This document shows, piece by piece, positions 6,986 to 16,098 of a DNA stretch of 32,000 nt. Within the stretch, counting starts at the first letter, position 1; each line of letters starts with the position of its first letter. The stretch lies in NCBI GenBank assembly GCA_030149205.1, contig JASBSB010000006.1, positions 180,001-212,000 on the forward strand, in the 5' to 3' direction. The position numbers and the translations under genes are program-made. The stretch is from Candidatus Heimdallarchaeota archaeon. GTDB lineage: Archaea; Asgardarchaeota; Heimdallarchaeia; Heimdallarchaeales; Kariarchaeaceae. The notes under the pieces are model-generated. The model saw only the letters and a list, made by a program, of their open reading frames with translations. It was not told where the DNA came from and did not search any database.

Positions 6986-7716
6986 CGTCTAAAGATTTTT
7001 GACCAAAAACCCTTCTTATCGGACATTCCCTTTCTTTCAGGCTTATAACCTAGTTCCCTTTTATCTTCAATTGACACATCACTTTTCTTTTTACTTAAAG
7101 TTATTAAGGCTTCATAAAAAGACTTTTCACTTTTTGTTCCTTCTCCCTCATAAATTGTGTATTGTAATGGTAGGTAATTTCGCTCTGAGTCAAGTTTTTG
7201 GAGTAATTTTTGTCCCTGAAACCGTTCTTCTCTATTGGCATTTTTACCAACCCAACAATAAAGTTGGCTGTTTCCATCAACGATGAAAACATCATCTGAT
7301 TTTAAGGATGACCTTGAAAGTGGAACCTCTACCACCTGAGCTTCATCAATCGAACTGGTTTGCTTAGGAGTGTGAACTTTGAACATTTTATAGGTGACCA
7401 TATCAAGTTCTACATTCCTGAGAAACCCTGGGGTGTCTCCTTCTGCAATAGTGAACTCTATGCTAGAGCGAAATTCTTCAGGTTCTTCTCCTTGATTTAT
7501 GGTTACTACTTCAGGTGCACCCTTTCTATCCTGATCCATTTTGTTTGAAACCCAAGCTGCGACAGTTCCCTCATCAACAGAGGAATATTTTCCTATCCAG
7601 ATCCAAATTTTGGAATCTTGGTCAATGACATAAACATCACCATCTAAGAATTTAAATGCGGAATGTTTGACTTCAAGTGGTATTAATTCTTTACCTTCTA
7701 CATGAAATACTTTCAT
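6982..7716 (-). CDS. Two-domain gelsolin (2DGel-type actin regulator) with C-terminal tail
   Basis: Two gelsolin repeats, FLDGDVYVID...IWIWIGKYSSVDE..AA and LKSDDVFIVD...LYCWVGKNANREE. The linker GFLRNV corresponds to gelsolin GFKHV. Confidence 0.92.
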   Translation of the reverse strand: MKVFHVEGKELIPLEVKHSAFKFLDGDVYVIDQDSKIWIWIGKYSSVDEGTVAAWVSNKMDQDRKGAPEVVTINQGEEPEEFRSSIEFTIAEGDTPGFLRNVELDMVTYKMFKVHTPKQTSSIDEAQVVEVPLSRSSLKSDDVFIVDGNSQLYCWVGKNANREERFQGQKLLQKLDSERNYLPLQYTIYEGEGTKSEKSFYEALITLSKKKSDVSIEDKRELGYKPERKGMSDKKGFWSKIFRR

Positions 7717-7842
7717 TAGATAAACTTATGTTTAAACTACTTATGTTTTGTGCTATTCAATTGAACAATGTTAAATTCTTTACCTTCTAAAATATTTTTA
7801 ATTTATGATCATTGAATAGGAGAGTAAGGCATCCATTTAAGA

Positions 7843-9681
7843 TTACTGGGAAGAATCCTCTAATATTTTTCCATCCAACATTTTAATTATACGAGTCCCA
7901 TATTTTGCAACTTCTGCATCATGAGTAACTAGAATAATTGTTTTACCTCGCTCATGGGCCATTTTAAGTAGCTCCATGATTTTAGCCCCTGTTTTGTGAT
8001 CGAGGTCTCCAGTTGGTTCATCTGCAAATATCAATTCTGGTTCATTCATTAAGGATCGGGCAATTGAGACTCTCTGTTGTTGACCCCCTGAGAGCTTATT
8101 TGGCTCAGTTTTAGAAAATTTGCTTAATTCAACATTTTCAAGAAGTTGTAATGCTCGTTTCTTTTTAGATCCAATCTTATTTGCAGTTCCAAAATCTGCA
8201 GGAAGTCTTACGTTTTCATAAGATTGAAGAAGTGGGATCAGGTTATAATTTTGATAAATAAATGAAATAATATTCCTACGAAAGTATTGCAGGTCACCTT
8301 TTTTTGCTCTTCGCATATCAATGCCAAATACCTTAAGTATACCTCTTTCTGGTTTATCTAAACCTGCCATTAGATTGAGCAATGTTGTTTTTCCTGACCC
8401 AGATGGCCCCATTATAACCACAAATTCACCACGCTTGATTAAGAGATCAATACCTCGAATAGCATAAACTGTGTGAGTGTAAAGTTGATAAGTTTTGGTA
8501 AGATCGCTAGCGAAAACCACGACATTTTCTAGTGGTTCGTCTATATCTGCCTCTACCAAAGCATCTGAACTCATTGGAGAAAAACTAGCTATATCAACAT
8601 AAATGTCTGCTAAAAATCGGAATTTTTCAAAACTGATGTAGAGTAGGTTCATTTTGTTAAGCAAATCTGAAATATTAGATGATGGGGCACCAATTTGAGA
8701 GTTACCTATCTCTTTGTTGAAATTTCTTAGGTTTTCTACATTTGCACTAATTACTTCTTCAAGTCTAATTAAGAGAAGATCTAGATCATCGAGGGATTTT
8801 GGGTTAAGTTTTTCCTCCAGAATTTTATCTATGTTGATCTTGAGTTTCCCTGCCTCTTCGTGAAGATCATTGGGGAGCTCTCTATATCTTTTTACCTGTT
8901 TCCTCGCAGAGTTCAATGAGTCTCTTATTCCAAGAGTCTTTCCAACAATAATACTGGCATATTCCATCAACTGATCTTTAATTGCTTGGTTGGGTAATAC
9001 AAACTCTTTTGCGGATGTGCTATGTAAGTCATCAATAAAAACCTGTAGATGTTTAAACAATATTTCACTATATTCCAATAATTTAGGCAAATGTAATGAA
9101 GACATCTGAAGCAGCACTAATTCATCAGCTATGTTAGTTAATTGAGATGAGGGGTTTTCTAAGGAATAAGCGAGTGAACCAATTATCAAATTGTTTTCTT
9201 TAACAACTTCATGTCCCCATATAGTAACATTGGTATTTTTGTAAATCTCTTCAACTTGACTTCTTATTTCAGCAGGAATTCCTTTGATGATACCATAATG
9301 TTCATTATTCATATTGAGTAATTTTGATAAATTTCGAATAACTTTCAATGAACTTTTCAATTCCTCATCCTGGGACAATTCTTTTTCTATCTTCTTTGCA
9401 ACTTTTTTTGAATGATTCCTTTGTATCTTCCTGAACTTATCTAGGAAAATTTGTCTTTGAGGACCTGATGAAAATCGCTGTACGGGAAGAGTAGCAATTG
9501 CGTAAGCAAAAATGTTAAGATCCTCCACATTCGAAGTAGTCTTGGAAAATCGTCTTTGAAATATTCTACCCCTACCAGAATCTAATGTTGATTTCAATTT
9601 AGCATTCAGATCTAGATTTTCTCTTTGATAAGGCCGGTAGGTGGGAATTATTGAAATAAAATTTATTGTTTGATCTGTCAT
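7843..9681 (-). CDS. ABC ATPase (LolD/MacB/FtsE family) fused to a 386-aa N-terminal soluble domain of unknown function
   Basis: C-terminal 225 aa contain GPSGSGKT, LSGGQQQR, DEPTGDLD and VTHD. The N-terminal part is helical with no TM segment. ATGA overlap with the upstream ATPase at 9678-9681. Confidence 0.9.
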   Translation of the reverse strand: MTDQTINFISIIPTYRPYQRENLDLNAKLKSTLDSGRGRIFQRRFSKTTSNVEDLNIFAYAIATLPVQRFSSGPQRQIFLDKFRKIQRNHSKKVAKKIEKELSQDEELKSSLKVIRNLSKLLNMNNEHYGIIKGIPAEIRSQVEEIYKNTNVTIWGHEVVKENNLIIGSLAYSLENPSSQLTNIADELVLLQMSSLHLPKLLEYSEILFKHLQVFIDDLHSTSAKEFVLPNQAIKDQLMEYASIIVGKTLGIRDSLNSARKQVKRYRELPNDLHEEAGKLKINIDKILEEKLNPKSLDDLDLLLIRLEEVISANVENLRNFNKEIGNSQIGAPSSNISDLLNKMNLLYISFEKFRFLADIYVDIASFSPMSSDALVEADIDEPLENVVVFASDLTKTYQLYTHTVYAIRGIDLLIKRGEFVVIMGPSGSGKTTLLNLMAGLDKPERGILKVFGIDMRRAKKGDLQYFRRNIISFIYQNYNLIPLLQSYENVRLPADFGTANKIGSKKKRALQLLENVELSKFSKTEPNKLSGGQQQRVSIARSLMNEPELIFADEPTGDLDHKTGAKIMELLKMAHERGKTIILVTHDAEVAKYGTRIIKMLDGKILEDSSQ

Positions 9682-10373
9682 TTAACAAGCTCTCCATTTT
9701 CTACTATTTTTCCATCATCAATTCTAATCACCCTATCACAGAGTGAACCTATGAATTCAGAATGAGTCACCAATAACAGAGTTTGTTTGTTTTCTTTATT
9801 GACCCGTCTGAATAGCTTCATTACATCCTCAGAAGAGGATAGGTCAAGGTCTCCTGTGGGTTCATCTCCTAAAATTAAAGCAGGTGTTGTAATTAATGAC
9901 CTTGAAATTGCAACTCGTTGCTCCTGTCCTCCAGAAAGTTCTCTTGGGAAATGTTGCACCCTACCGCCTAGGCCAAGTTCTCTCAAGAGAGTTGTTGCTT
10001 TGGTACTTGCATTATTTAAGCTGTATCCCTGTATGAGAAGAGGAAGCATAACATTCTGTTCTGCAGTTAAATACTCTAATAAATTAAAATGTTGAAATAT
10101 ATATCCAATTCTGTCTCTTCTTAAAGCTGCTAGTTCTTCTTCTGATAGTTTTGTTACATCTGATTCTTCAACGAATATTTTACCAGAAGAGACAGGGGTT
10201 AACCCACCGATAACATTTAACAAGGTAGATTTTCCAGACCCAGAAGGCCCCATCAATGCAACCATCTCACCCTCATTTATTGTCAGTGATATATCATCAA
10301 GCGCAACAACTTCATTCGTTTTACCCTGGTTATAAACTTTCTTAACATCAATTAGCTCTAACATTTTCTTCAT
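9678..10373 (-). CDS. ABC transporter ATP-binding protein (LolD/MacB/FtsE family)
   Basis: GPSGSGKS, LSGGQEQR, DEPTGDLD, VTHS; 231 aa; a GGTGA RBS overlaps the permease stop codon. Confidence 0.95.
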   Translation of the reverse strand: MKKMLELIDVKKVYNQGKTNEVVALDDISLTINEGEMVALMGPSGSGKSTLLNVIGGLTPVSSGKIFVEESDVTKLSEEELAALRRDRIGYIFQHFNLLEYLTAEQNVMLPLLIQGYSLNNASTKATTLLRELGLGGRVQHFPRELSGGQEQRVAISRSLITTPALILGDEPTGDLDLSSSEDVMKLFRRVNKENKQTLLLVTHSEFIGSLCDRVIRIDDGKIVENGELVK

Positions 10374-10381
10374 GATTTCAC

Positions 10382-13300
10382 CTAACCTGTATACCTCAAT
10401 GCATCACTAGGAGGGATGCGTGATCCAAATAACCCTGGCAAAACAGCTGCAAGCAGTGCTGAACCTAGAGTGATAGCTATATAGATAGTAAGGATGTCTA
10501 TGGGGATAAGAAGCTGAACACTGGTTCCAGCACTTCCAGATCCTGACCGTATGATCCCATAGGCGAGCACAATCCCATTAATTATACCAATCACAAGGCC
10601 TATAAGACCAGTCACTATCAACTCTAACATAACAGCATATAAGACATCACGTCTTCTGAACCCAAGGGCTCGTAACATCCCAATTTCTCGTTTTCGTTCA
10701 GCCACTGATCTGTAAGCCACAACAAATAAACCGAGGATACCTACAACGAATCCCATTGAGGTGAAAGCTTGTAGGAATCCGAAAAATCTGAATTGACCCT
10801 CAAGTTGAGCCTCAAATATTGAATAGACTGAAAATCCATAGACACCAAATAATCCATACTTAGTTCGAAAGGCAGATCCATTTTTATTTGAAAAAATTTC
10901 AATATCAGTAATTAAACGGTCGATGCTTTTACTTCTAACATCTCCTGCATTACTTTGACCGAGAAATACATTTTGTGACGTTGTTAAACCTGAATAGGCA
11001 GTTAAGTTTTGCGTCCATTGATCTGAGACGAACCAAATACCTGACCCAGCCCCTGGTGGCCCTCCTCCTTGACTTTGTGAATTCAATGGGTTTTCTCCCA
11101 AAATTGATCCCACGACGAACTCTTGTAAACCTCCTGTAGTAAGGTTTAACCAAACAGAATCCCCAGGTCTCTTCAGTTGTTTAACTTGTCCACCTTGGAA
11201 GCTTACCAGAGTATTGAGTAGGATAATAGGTCGTAAAGTACCATTTTTATTGGGGATATACGTGTTATTGCTAAGTGCCTTCCAAACGGCTTCATCTTCT
11301 TTATTCGCAGAGGGTTGCCCTTGGATATTTTTACCTGTTTCAAAGGGGGTACCTGTTTTGTTGTCCAGTAGATTGAATTTTAAAATCCAAGAACCTTTAC
11401 TATCCCACAATGAATTTGAATTCACTGTTAGTAAGGTTCCTCCTCGTTTAAGTGACCCGTTTTTCTGCAGATATCCAGTTGTGGGATTTGAATAGGTGAA
11501 TCCTTTCACAAAATTTAACTTAAGACCACTGTTATTACCAGGTGTCTGAAAATGGTCAGTTAACTGTTTTGAATAATTCACCGAATTGGGTATGGGTTGC
11601 CCCGTGAGAAGCATTACATCTGAACCTGAGGTTGCTGTAAGTATGACATTGTCAAACCCATATCTAAAACTATAGCTAAATGTCCCAAGAAAGATATTCA
11701 GGGTTAAGATCGTTGCAAACAGAGCAAATGTCAATGTGGATCTAACCTTCTTGCTCCTCATTTGTCTGAAAGCAACCATTGATGTCCCTCGAATTGGAGT
11801 TTTCTTGGTCCGAGCAAACAGATTAAACAACCATTCTCCCACGTTAGCAATAAAATCAAGGTTTGTTCCTATAAGGGCAATTGTCCCCACAATTAGACTA
11901 AACATCAAATAAAGAATATAGTTCAACCCTCCTGATCCAGTTTTAATCCAATCAAAAACAACAAAAATATTGAAATACGCCCAGAAAACAAGGCCTGCTG
12001 AGGCAAGAGTTAGCCCAAGCTTCTTTGATCTGTAGTAGGCCAATAATAAACTGGGTCCAACTATTAGCGTTAAAATATTTAAATAATTAGTTTCACTAGT
12101 TGTAAAGTTTGTGAACGCCTCTTGCCCCTTATAAAAAACACTGTCTTGATAAAGAAGATTCTGAAATATTGCAAGAACTGTTAAAATAGCTCCTAGGTAT
12201 AAACTTTTCTTTCCAAATTTTTCAGAGCTAGGAGGCTTGATTCCTCTTAGAACCTCAGCTATATTTACACGTGATGCGTTAATCGCAGGGATAAGTCCAG
12301 TTATCTGTGAGAGAACAATACCTGCAATAAATGAGTTAATTATAATTTGAGTTGTAATCACTAAACTTAGGTCTGTTAGAGATATCCCAAAACTGTAACT
12401 AAGTATCAGGATTAAAATCTGACCATAAGCGGCCCCTCCAAGGATTCCAAACGCTGAACCAATAATACCTAGAAACAGAGATTCGGTAAGATTGGTCATG
12501 GTGATCTGGAATCTAGATGCGCCAATAGCTCTTACAATGCCTGTTTCCTTTTCTCTTGATTGTAGTGCCAATGATTGAATATTAACGATTACCAGCACAG
12601 CTGCAAACGCTATGAGACTTCCAAAGACATTTAATAACAGGGTTAAACTATCGGCAATCAGTTTAACAAAACTGTCTATTACAACTATTGAATTTGAATA
12701 CTGATAAAATTGGCTAAATTGAGGTCCAATAATCAATTTAAAGGCATCACGCGTTGCATTAAATGCCATAGTTCTTTTGTCATTGGTGTTTACATCAGCC
12801 TTCCAATGAACGATAATTTGATTGATTGGATTTACACCGTAGCCAATAACTGGTAAAACTGATTTTGCTCGCTTCGATTGTAAAGCATCTTTCATGACTT
12901 GTTGAACCCAACTAAGAGGAGCTGCGATGAATCTGCTTAACTGCTCTTTACCTTTACCATTATCCTCAAACACACCTTTTACCAGAATTGATTTGTTATA
13001 AGAAATTAATGAAGATGGAATTGGGAATTTCCCGAAAGGAACTGCTAGACTATTGAATGAGCCAGAAATAGTCAGGTTCTGTCCAATAATCTTGTCATTT
13101 TTTGCAAATAGAAGATTAGCAAGAGACCGCCCGATATATACTTCTCCCGGTTTTAAATCTGAGATTTTTAATATTTGGTTATTTTTGTTTGTTAAATCTC
13201 CGAATCCTGTTTCATTTTTTGGGATACCAACAAATGGCTCTGAAATTTCTATTGTTCCCAGCAGATCATTTACCACCGTCACTGAAAACTGTAATCTTTG

Positions 13301-13624
13301 AGAAAGAGATCCCACATATTGGTTCACTGTTGAATTAGACCTCAACTCATTCAGATAATTTTGTGCATAAGTGTTCTTTCCAGAAGGCAAAATATTCGTG
13401 TAGGTATTGTTATCCACGAAGAAATTTGTAACCCTATTTGTTATAGCTGCATCTTTACTTCCAAGGTTATGTTTAGCTACAGCACCAAAACCTTGTGCAA
13501 GGGTGTCACTGCCAACTTGTATTCCAATAAAAAGTGAAACTCCTAAAAAAATACCTAAAAGAACTGCAAGGTTTTGAGAAGGTCTACGAAACACATACTT
13601 TCTTGAAAGACCAATAATTACCAT
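10382..13624 (-). CDS. MacB/FtsX-type (type VII ABC) permease with internally duplicated architecture
   Basis: 1080 aa. Two modules, each with a TM, a large extracellular domain and an FtsX motif (SREKETGIVRAIGASR; ERKREIGMLRALGFRR), plus intervening TM helices. Confidence 0.92.
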   Translation of the reverse strand: MVIIGLSRKYVFRRPSQNLAVLLGIFLGVSLFIGIQVGSDTLAQGFGAVAKHNLGSKDAAITNRVTNFFVDNNTYTNILPSGKNTYAQNYLNELRSNSTVNQYVGSLSQRLQFSVTVVNDLLGTIEISEPFVGIPKNETGFGDLTNKNNQILKISDLKPGEVYIGRSLANLLFAKNDKIIGQNLTISGSFNSLAVPFGKFPIPSSLISYNKSILVKGVFEDNGKGKEQLSRFIAAPLSWVQQVMKDALQSKRAKSVLPVIGYGVNPINQIIVHWKADVNTNDKRTMAFNATRDAFKLIIGPQFSQFYQYSNSIVVIDSFVKLIADSLTLLLNVFGSLIAFAAVLVIVNIQSLALQSREKETGIVRAIGASRFQITMTNLTESLFLGIIGSAFGILGGAAYGQILILILSYSFGISLTDLSLVITTQIIINSFIAGIVLSQITGLIPAINASRVNIAEVLRGIKPPSSEKFGKKSLYLGAILTVLAIFQNLLYQDSVFYKGQEAFTNFTTSETNYLNILTLIVGPSLLLAYYRSKKLGLTLASAGLVFWAYFNIFVVFDWIKTGSGGLNYILYLMFSLIVGTIALIGTNLDFIANVGEWLFNLFARTKKTPIRGTSMVAFRQMRSKKVRSTLTFALFATILTLNIFLGTFSYSFRYGFDNVILTATSGSDVMLLTGQPIPNSVNYSKQLTDHFQTPGNNSGLKLNFVKGFTYSNPTTGYLQKNGSLKRGGTLLTVNSNSLWDSKGSWILKFNLLDNKTGTPFETGKNIQGQPSANKEDEAVWKALSNNTYIPNKNGTLRPIILLNTLVSFQGGQVKQLKRPGDSVWLNLTTGGLQEFVVGSILGENPLNSQSQGGGPPGAGSGIWFVSDQWTQNLTAYSGLTTSQNVFLGQSNAGDVRSKSIDRLITDIEIFSNKNGSAFRTKYGLFGVYGFSVYSIFEAQLEGQFRFFGFLQAFTSMGFVVGILGLFVVAYRSVAERKREIGMLRALGFRRRDVLYAVMLELIVTGLIGLVIGIINGIVLAYGIIRSGSGSAGTSVQLLIPIDILTIYIAITLGSALLAAVLPGLFGSRIPPSDALRYTG

Positions 13625-13652
13625 AGTTTGAGCTGTAAACGGTATATTTAAG

Positions 13653-13670
13653 ATTATACTTTTGTATAAT
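13653..13670. promoter_or_regulatory. Perfect inverted repeat ATTATAC-TTTT-GTATAAT, putative operator of the ABC operon
   Basis: 7-4-7 palindrome immediately upstream (minus strand) of a TTAAATATA TATA-like box at 13643-13651. Confidence 0.45.
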
Positions 13671-13702
13671 TTTTAGTTTGCTATTTTTTAAAAATTTACC
13701 TA

Positions 13703-15133
13703 CTAATAAGATTGGGCAAAATATACCATTTGAGTGCCTTTTTTCTCACAATAAATGCAGGGCCCATCAGGGGTTTCATCTATATCCTCTCTTGTTCCAC
13801 GGATGGTTGCTTTGGTTTCTTCCTTTATCTTAGTTGCACAATTTAGCGATCCACACCAGTTACCACGACCAATTCCTCGGCTTGTATTCATCATCTTTTT
13901 GAGGTCATCATAAGTTTTGACATCAAATATCAATTCGTCAAGGATGTTGTTAGCTCGTTCAAGCAGAACTTTATGGATTTCTTTTTTTAGTTCATTAACT
14001 TTACTAACAACTTCAGAGTCCTTCACTGAAAACTTTTCACCAGTATCTCTACGTACAAACAATACAGATTTGTTTTTCAAATCTTTTGGCCCGACTTCTA
14101 TGCGTAATGGTACTCCAAGCATTTCCCATTCGGAAAACTTCCAACCTGGTGTGTAATTTTCCCTAAAGTCTGCTTTTACTCTGATTCCAGCGTCCATCAG
14201 TTCTTTTTCAAGTTCTTTTACTCTGTCAATAACTGCTTCAGTTGACTTTTTAAAAGTAATTGGAACTAAAACCACTTGCGTTGAAGCAAACTCAGGAGGT
14301 AGAATAAGCCCCTGATCATCACCGTGTAAGGCAATAACTGCAGCTATAACTCTTGTACTCATCCCATAACAAGTTTGATAAACCAGCTTGGTTTCACCAT
14401 CTTTATCCAGGAACTTAATATCAAAGACTTTGGAAAATGATTGACCTAAATTATGTGTTGTTCCAATTTGAAGTATTCGACCATCAGGGAGTAATGTATC
14501 ATATGCTATGCTGTAATCTGCACCAGCAAAGGTGTCATGAGGAGGTCGTCTAAAGGTCATATATGATATTGCTAATGCATCAAAGACCCCTTGGTAGATG
14601 TCCATAGATTCTTTAATCTGCTTACTTGCATCTGATGCATCCACGTGGCATGTATGAGCCTCGCTCCATTGAAATTCACGATCTCTTAGAAGTGGCCGGG
14701 TCTCCCCAGTATCCATCCTAATAATATTACAAAATTGATTGACCTTCAATGGTAAATCAGCATGTGAATTTATCCATTGGGCATACATGTGATACATAAT
14801 AGTCTCACTCGTTGGCCGCAGGGCTAACTTCTGCTTCAGTTTTGTTGTACCAACCTGTGTGACCCAAGCAACTTCTGGGACAAACCCCTCAAAATGTTCC
14901 GCTTCTCTTTCCAAAAACTCTTCAGGTATAAAAATTGGAAAGTAAGCATTCTGATGTCCAGTATTATAAAAGAAATAATTAAGTTTCGATTTTATCCCTT
15001 CCCAAATCTGGTAGCCATTGGGTAGAAGGACATTTGCCCCTTTAACTGGTGTTCGAACGTCAACAACATTTGCTCTGAGCAGTACTTCAGAGTACCACTT
15101 AGAGAAATCGGATTTAGGATTTTCTAAAGGCAT
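13703..15133 (-). CDS. proS: Prolyl-tRNA synthetase, archaeal/eukaryotic type
   Basis: LRPTSET, LLRDREFQWSEAHT, QIGTTHNLGQ, anticodon domain GWKFSEWEMLGVPLRIEVGP, C-terminal Zn motif (WCG..NC / CIYC) and terminal FAQSY. Confidence 0.98.
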   Translation of the reverse strand: MPLENPKSDFSKWYSEVLLRANVVDVRTPVKGANVLLPNGYQIWEGIKSKLNYFFYNTGHQNAYFPIFIPEEFLEREAEHFEGFVPEVAWVTQVGTTKLKQKLALRPTSETIMYHMYAQWINSHADLPLKVNQFCNIIRMDTGETRPLLRDREFQWSEAHTCHVDASDASKQIKESMDIYQGVFDALAISYMTFRRPPHDTFAGADYSIAYDTLLPDGRILQIGTTHNLGQSFSKVFDIKFLDKDGETKLVYQTCYGMSTRVIAAVIALHGDDQGLILPPEFASTQVVLVPITFKKSTEAVIDRVKELEKELMDAGIRVKADFRENYTPGWKFSEWEMLGVPLRIEVGPKDLKNKSVLFVRRDTGEKFSVKDSEVVSKVNELKKEIHKVLLERANNILDELIFDVKTYDDLKKMMNTSRGIGRGNWCGSLNCATKIKEETKATIRGTREDIDETPDGPCIYCEKKGTQMVYFAQSY

Positions 15134-15369
15134 AATTTTTCACCAATGTTTCGTTAGATCTTACTTTGGGAATATTTGTAAATCTAGTTAAGTGGAACGT
15201 ATTCACCCATTTGTAATACCTAAGATTTTGTTGAGTTAAGGCATATTAAAGAGTTAGCTTACTTTCAATAGGTTTTTAGCTAAGCAGAAGTTTTTATAAC
15301 TTTAAAACAATAGAAATTTAGAGGTTTTGATAATTCAAAACATCTTTTGAGGTGAAGTAATGAAAACAG

Positions 15370-16098
15370 GTGAATGCCTTCCAGTCTCTCGAAACTTATA
15401 CTACAAACAATATTAAAGGAATTTGTGTAAAGTTAAGCAAATTAGAAAAACAGAATATAGGTCTGCAGGATGTGATTGATACATTCTCTCAACAAGTCAT
15501 AGTTGATGCAGAATATCAATCGCTAGATGAGGAATTTCAACACACTCAGGTATTGGAATCACTTTCGAAGAACGAGAAAGAAAGAATCATTCCTACCCTT
15601 CAAATGCGTCGAACAAACTTTGAAAATTCAATTGAATACTTTAGCAACCTAAAAATGGGTTTTGCTTTGGTACCTGGTCACAAGGCGTACTTTAAGGTTC
15701 AAAAAAGGGTCACAGATCAAGTAAATTTGTTAACGACCTACCATGAATTAATTCGTTATATTGCTGTAGGTGAAAAATTACGTGATCAGCTTAGTAACAA
15801 ACATTTGCTCAGGTTTAGAGATGATCAAATTCTAGAACTCTATGGTGAACACTACTCCAAAAATTCCACACTTTGGACTTTCTATGCAAACCGGTTTACG
15901 GAGGAGCTTGATGATTATATCTCAAGGAGAAATAACCAGAGGACAACAATGGAAGACATTCGAAATTCATATAGTATTTACAACTATGGAGAGTTATCAA
16001 ACTCATCAAATAATTATCTACTTTATGTAGGTGTGAGTTCTAAAGAAGAATACCTTCAAGAGCTTTCTCGGTTATCTGATTTCGTCTCCTCTTCTTGA
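15370..16098 (+). CDS. Hypothetical soluble protein
   Basis: 242-aa ORF with protein-like composition and no recognised motif; the start is ambiguous. Confidence 0.6.
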   Translation: MNAFQSLETYTTNNIKGICVKLSKLEKQNIGLQDVIDTFSQQVIVDAEYQSLDEEFQHTQVLESLSKNEKERIIPTLQMRRTNFENSIEYFSNLKMGFALVPGHKAYFKVQKRVTDQVNLLTTYHELIRYIAVGEKLRDQLSNKHLLRFRDDQILELYGEHYSKNSTLWTFYANRFTEELDDYISRRNNQRTTMEDIRNSYSIYNYGELSNSSNNYLLYVGVSSKEEYLQELSRLSDFVSSS

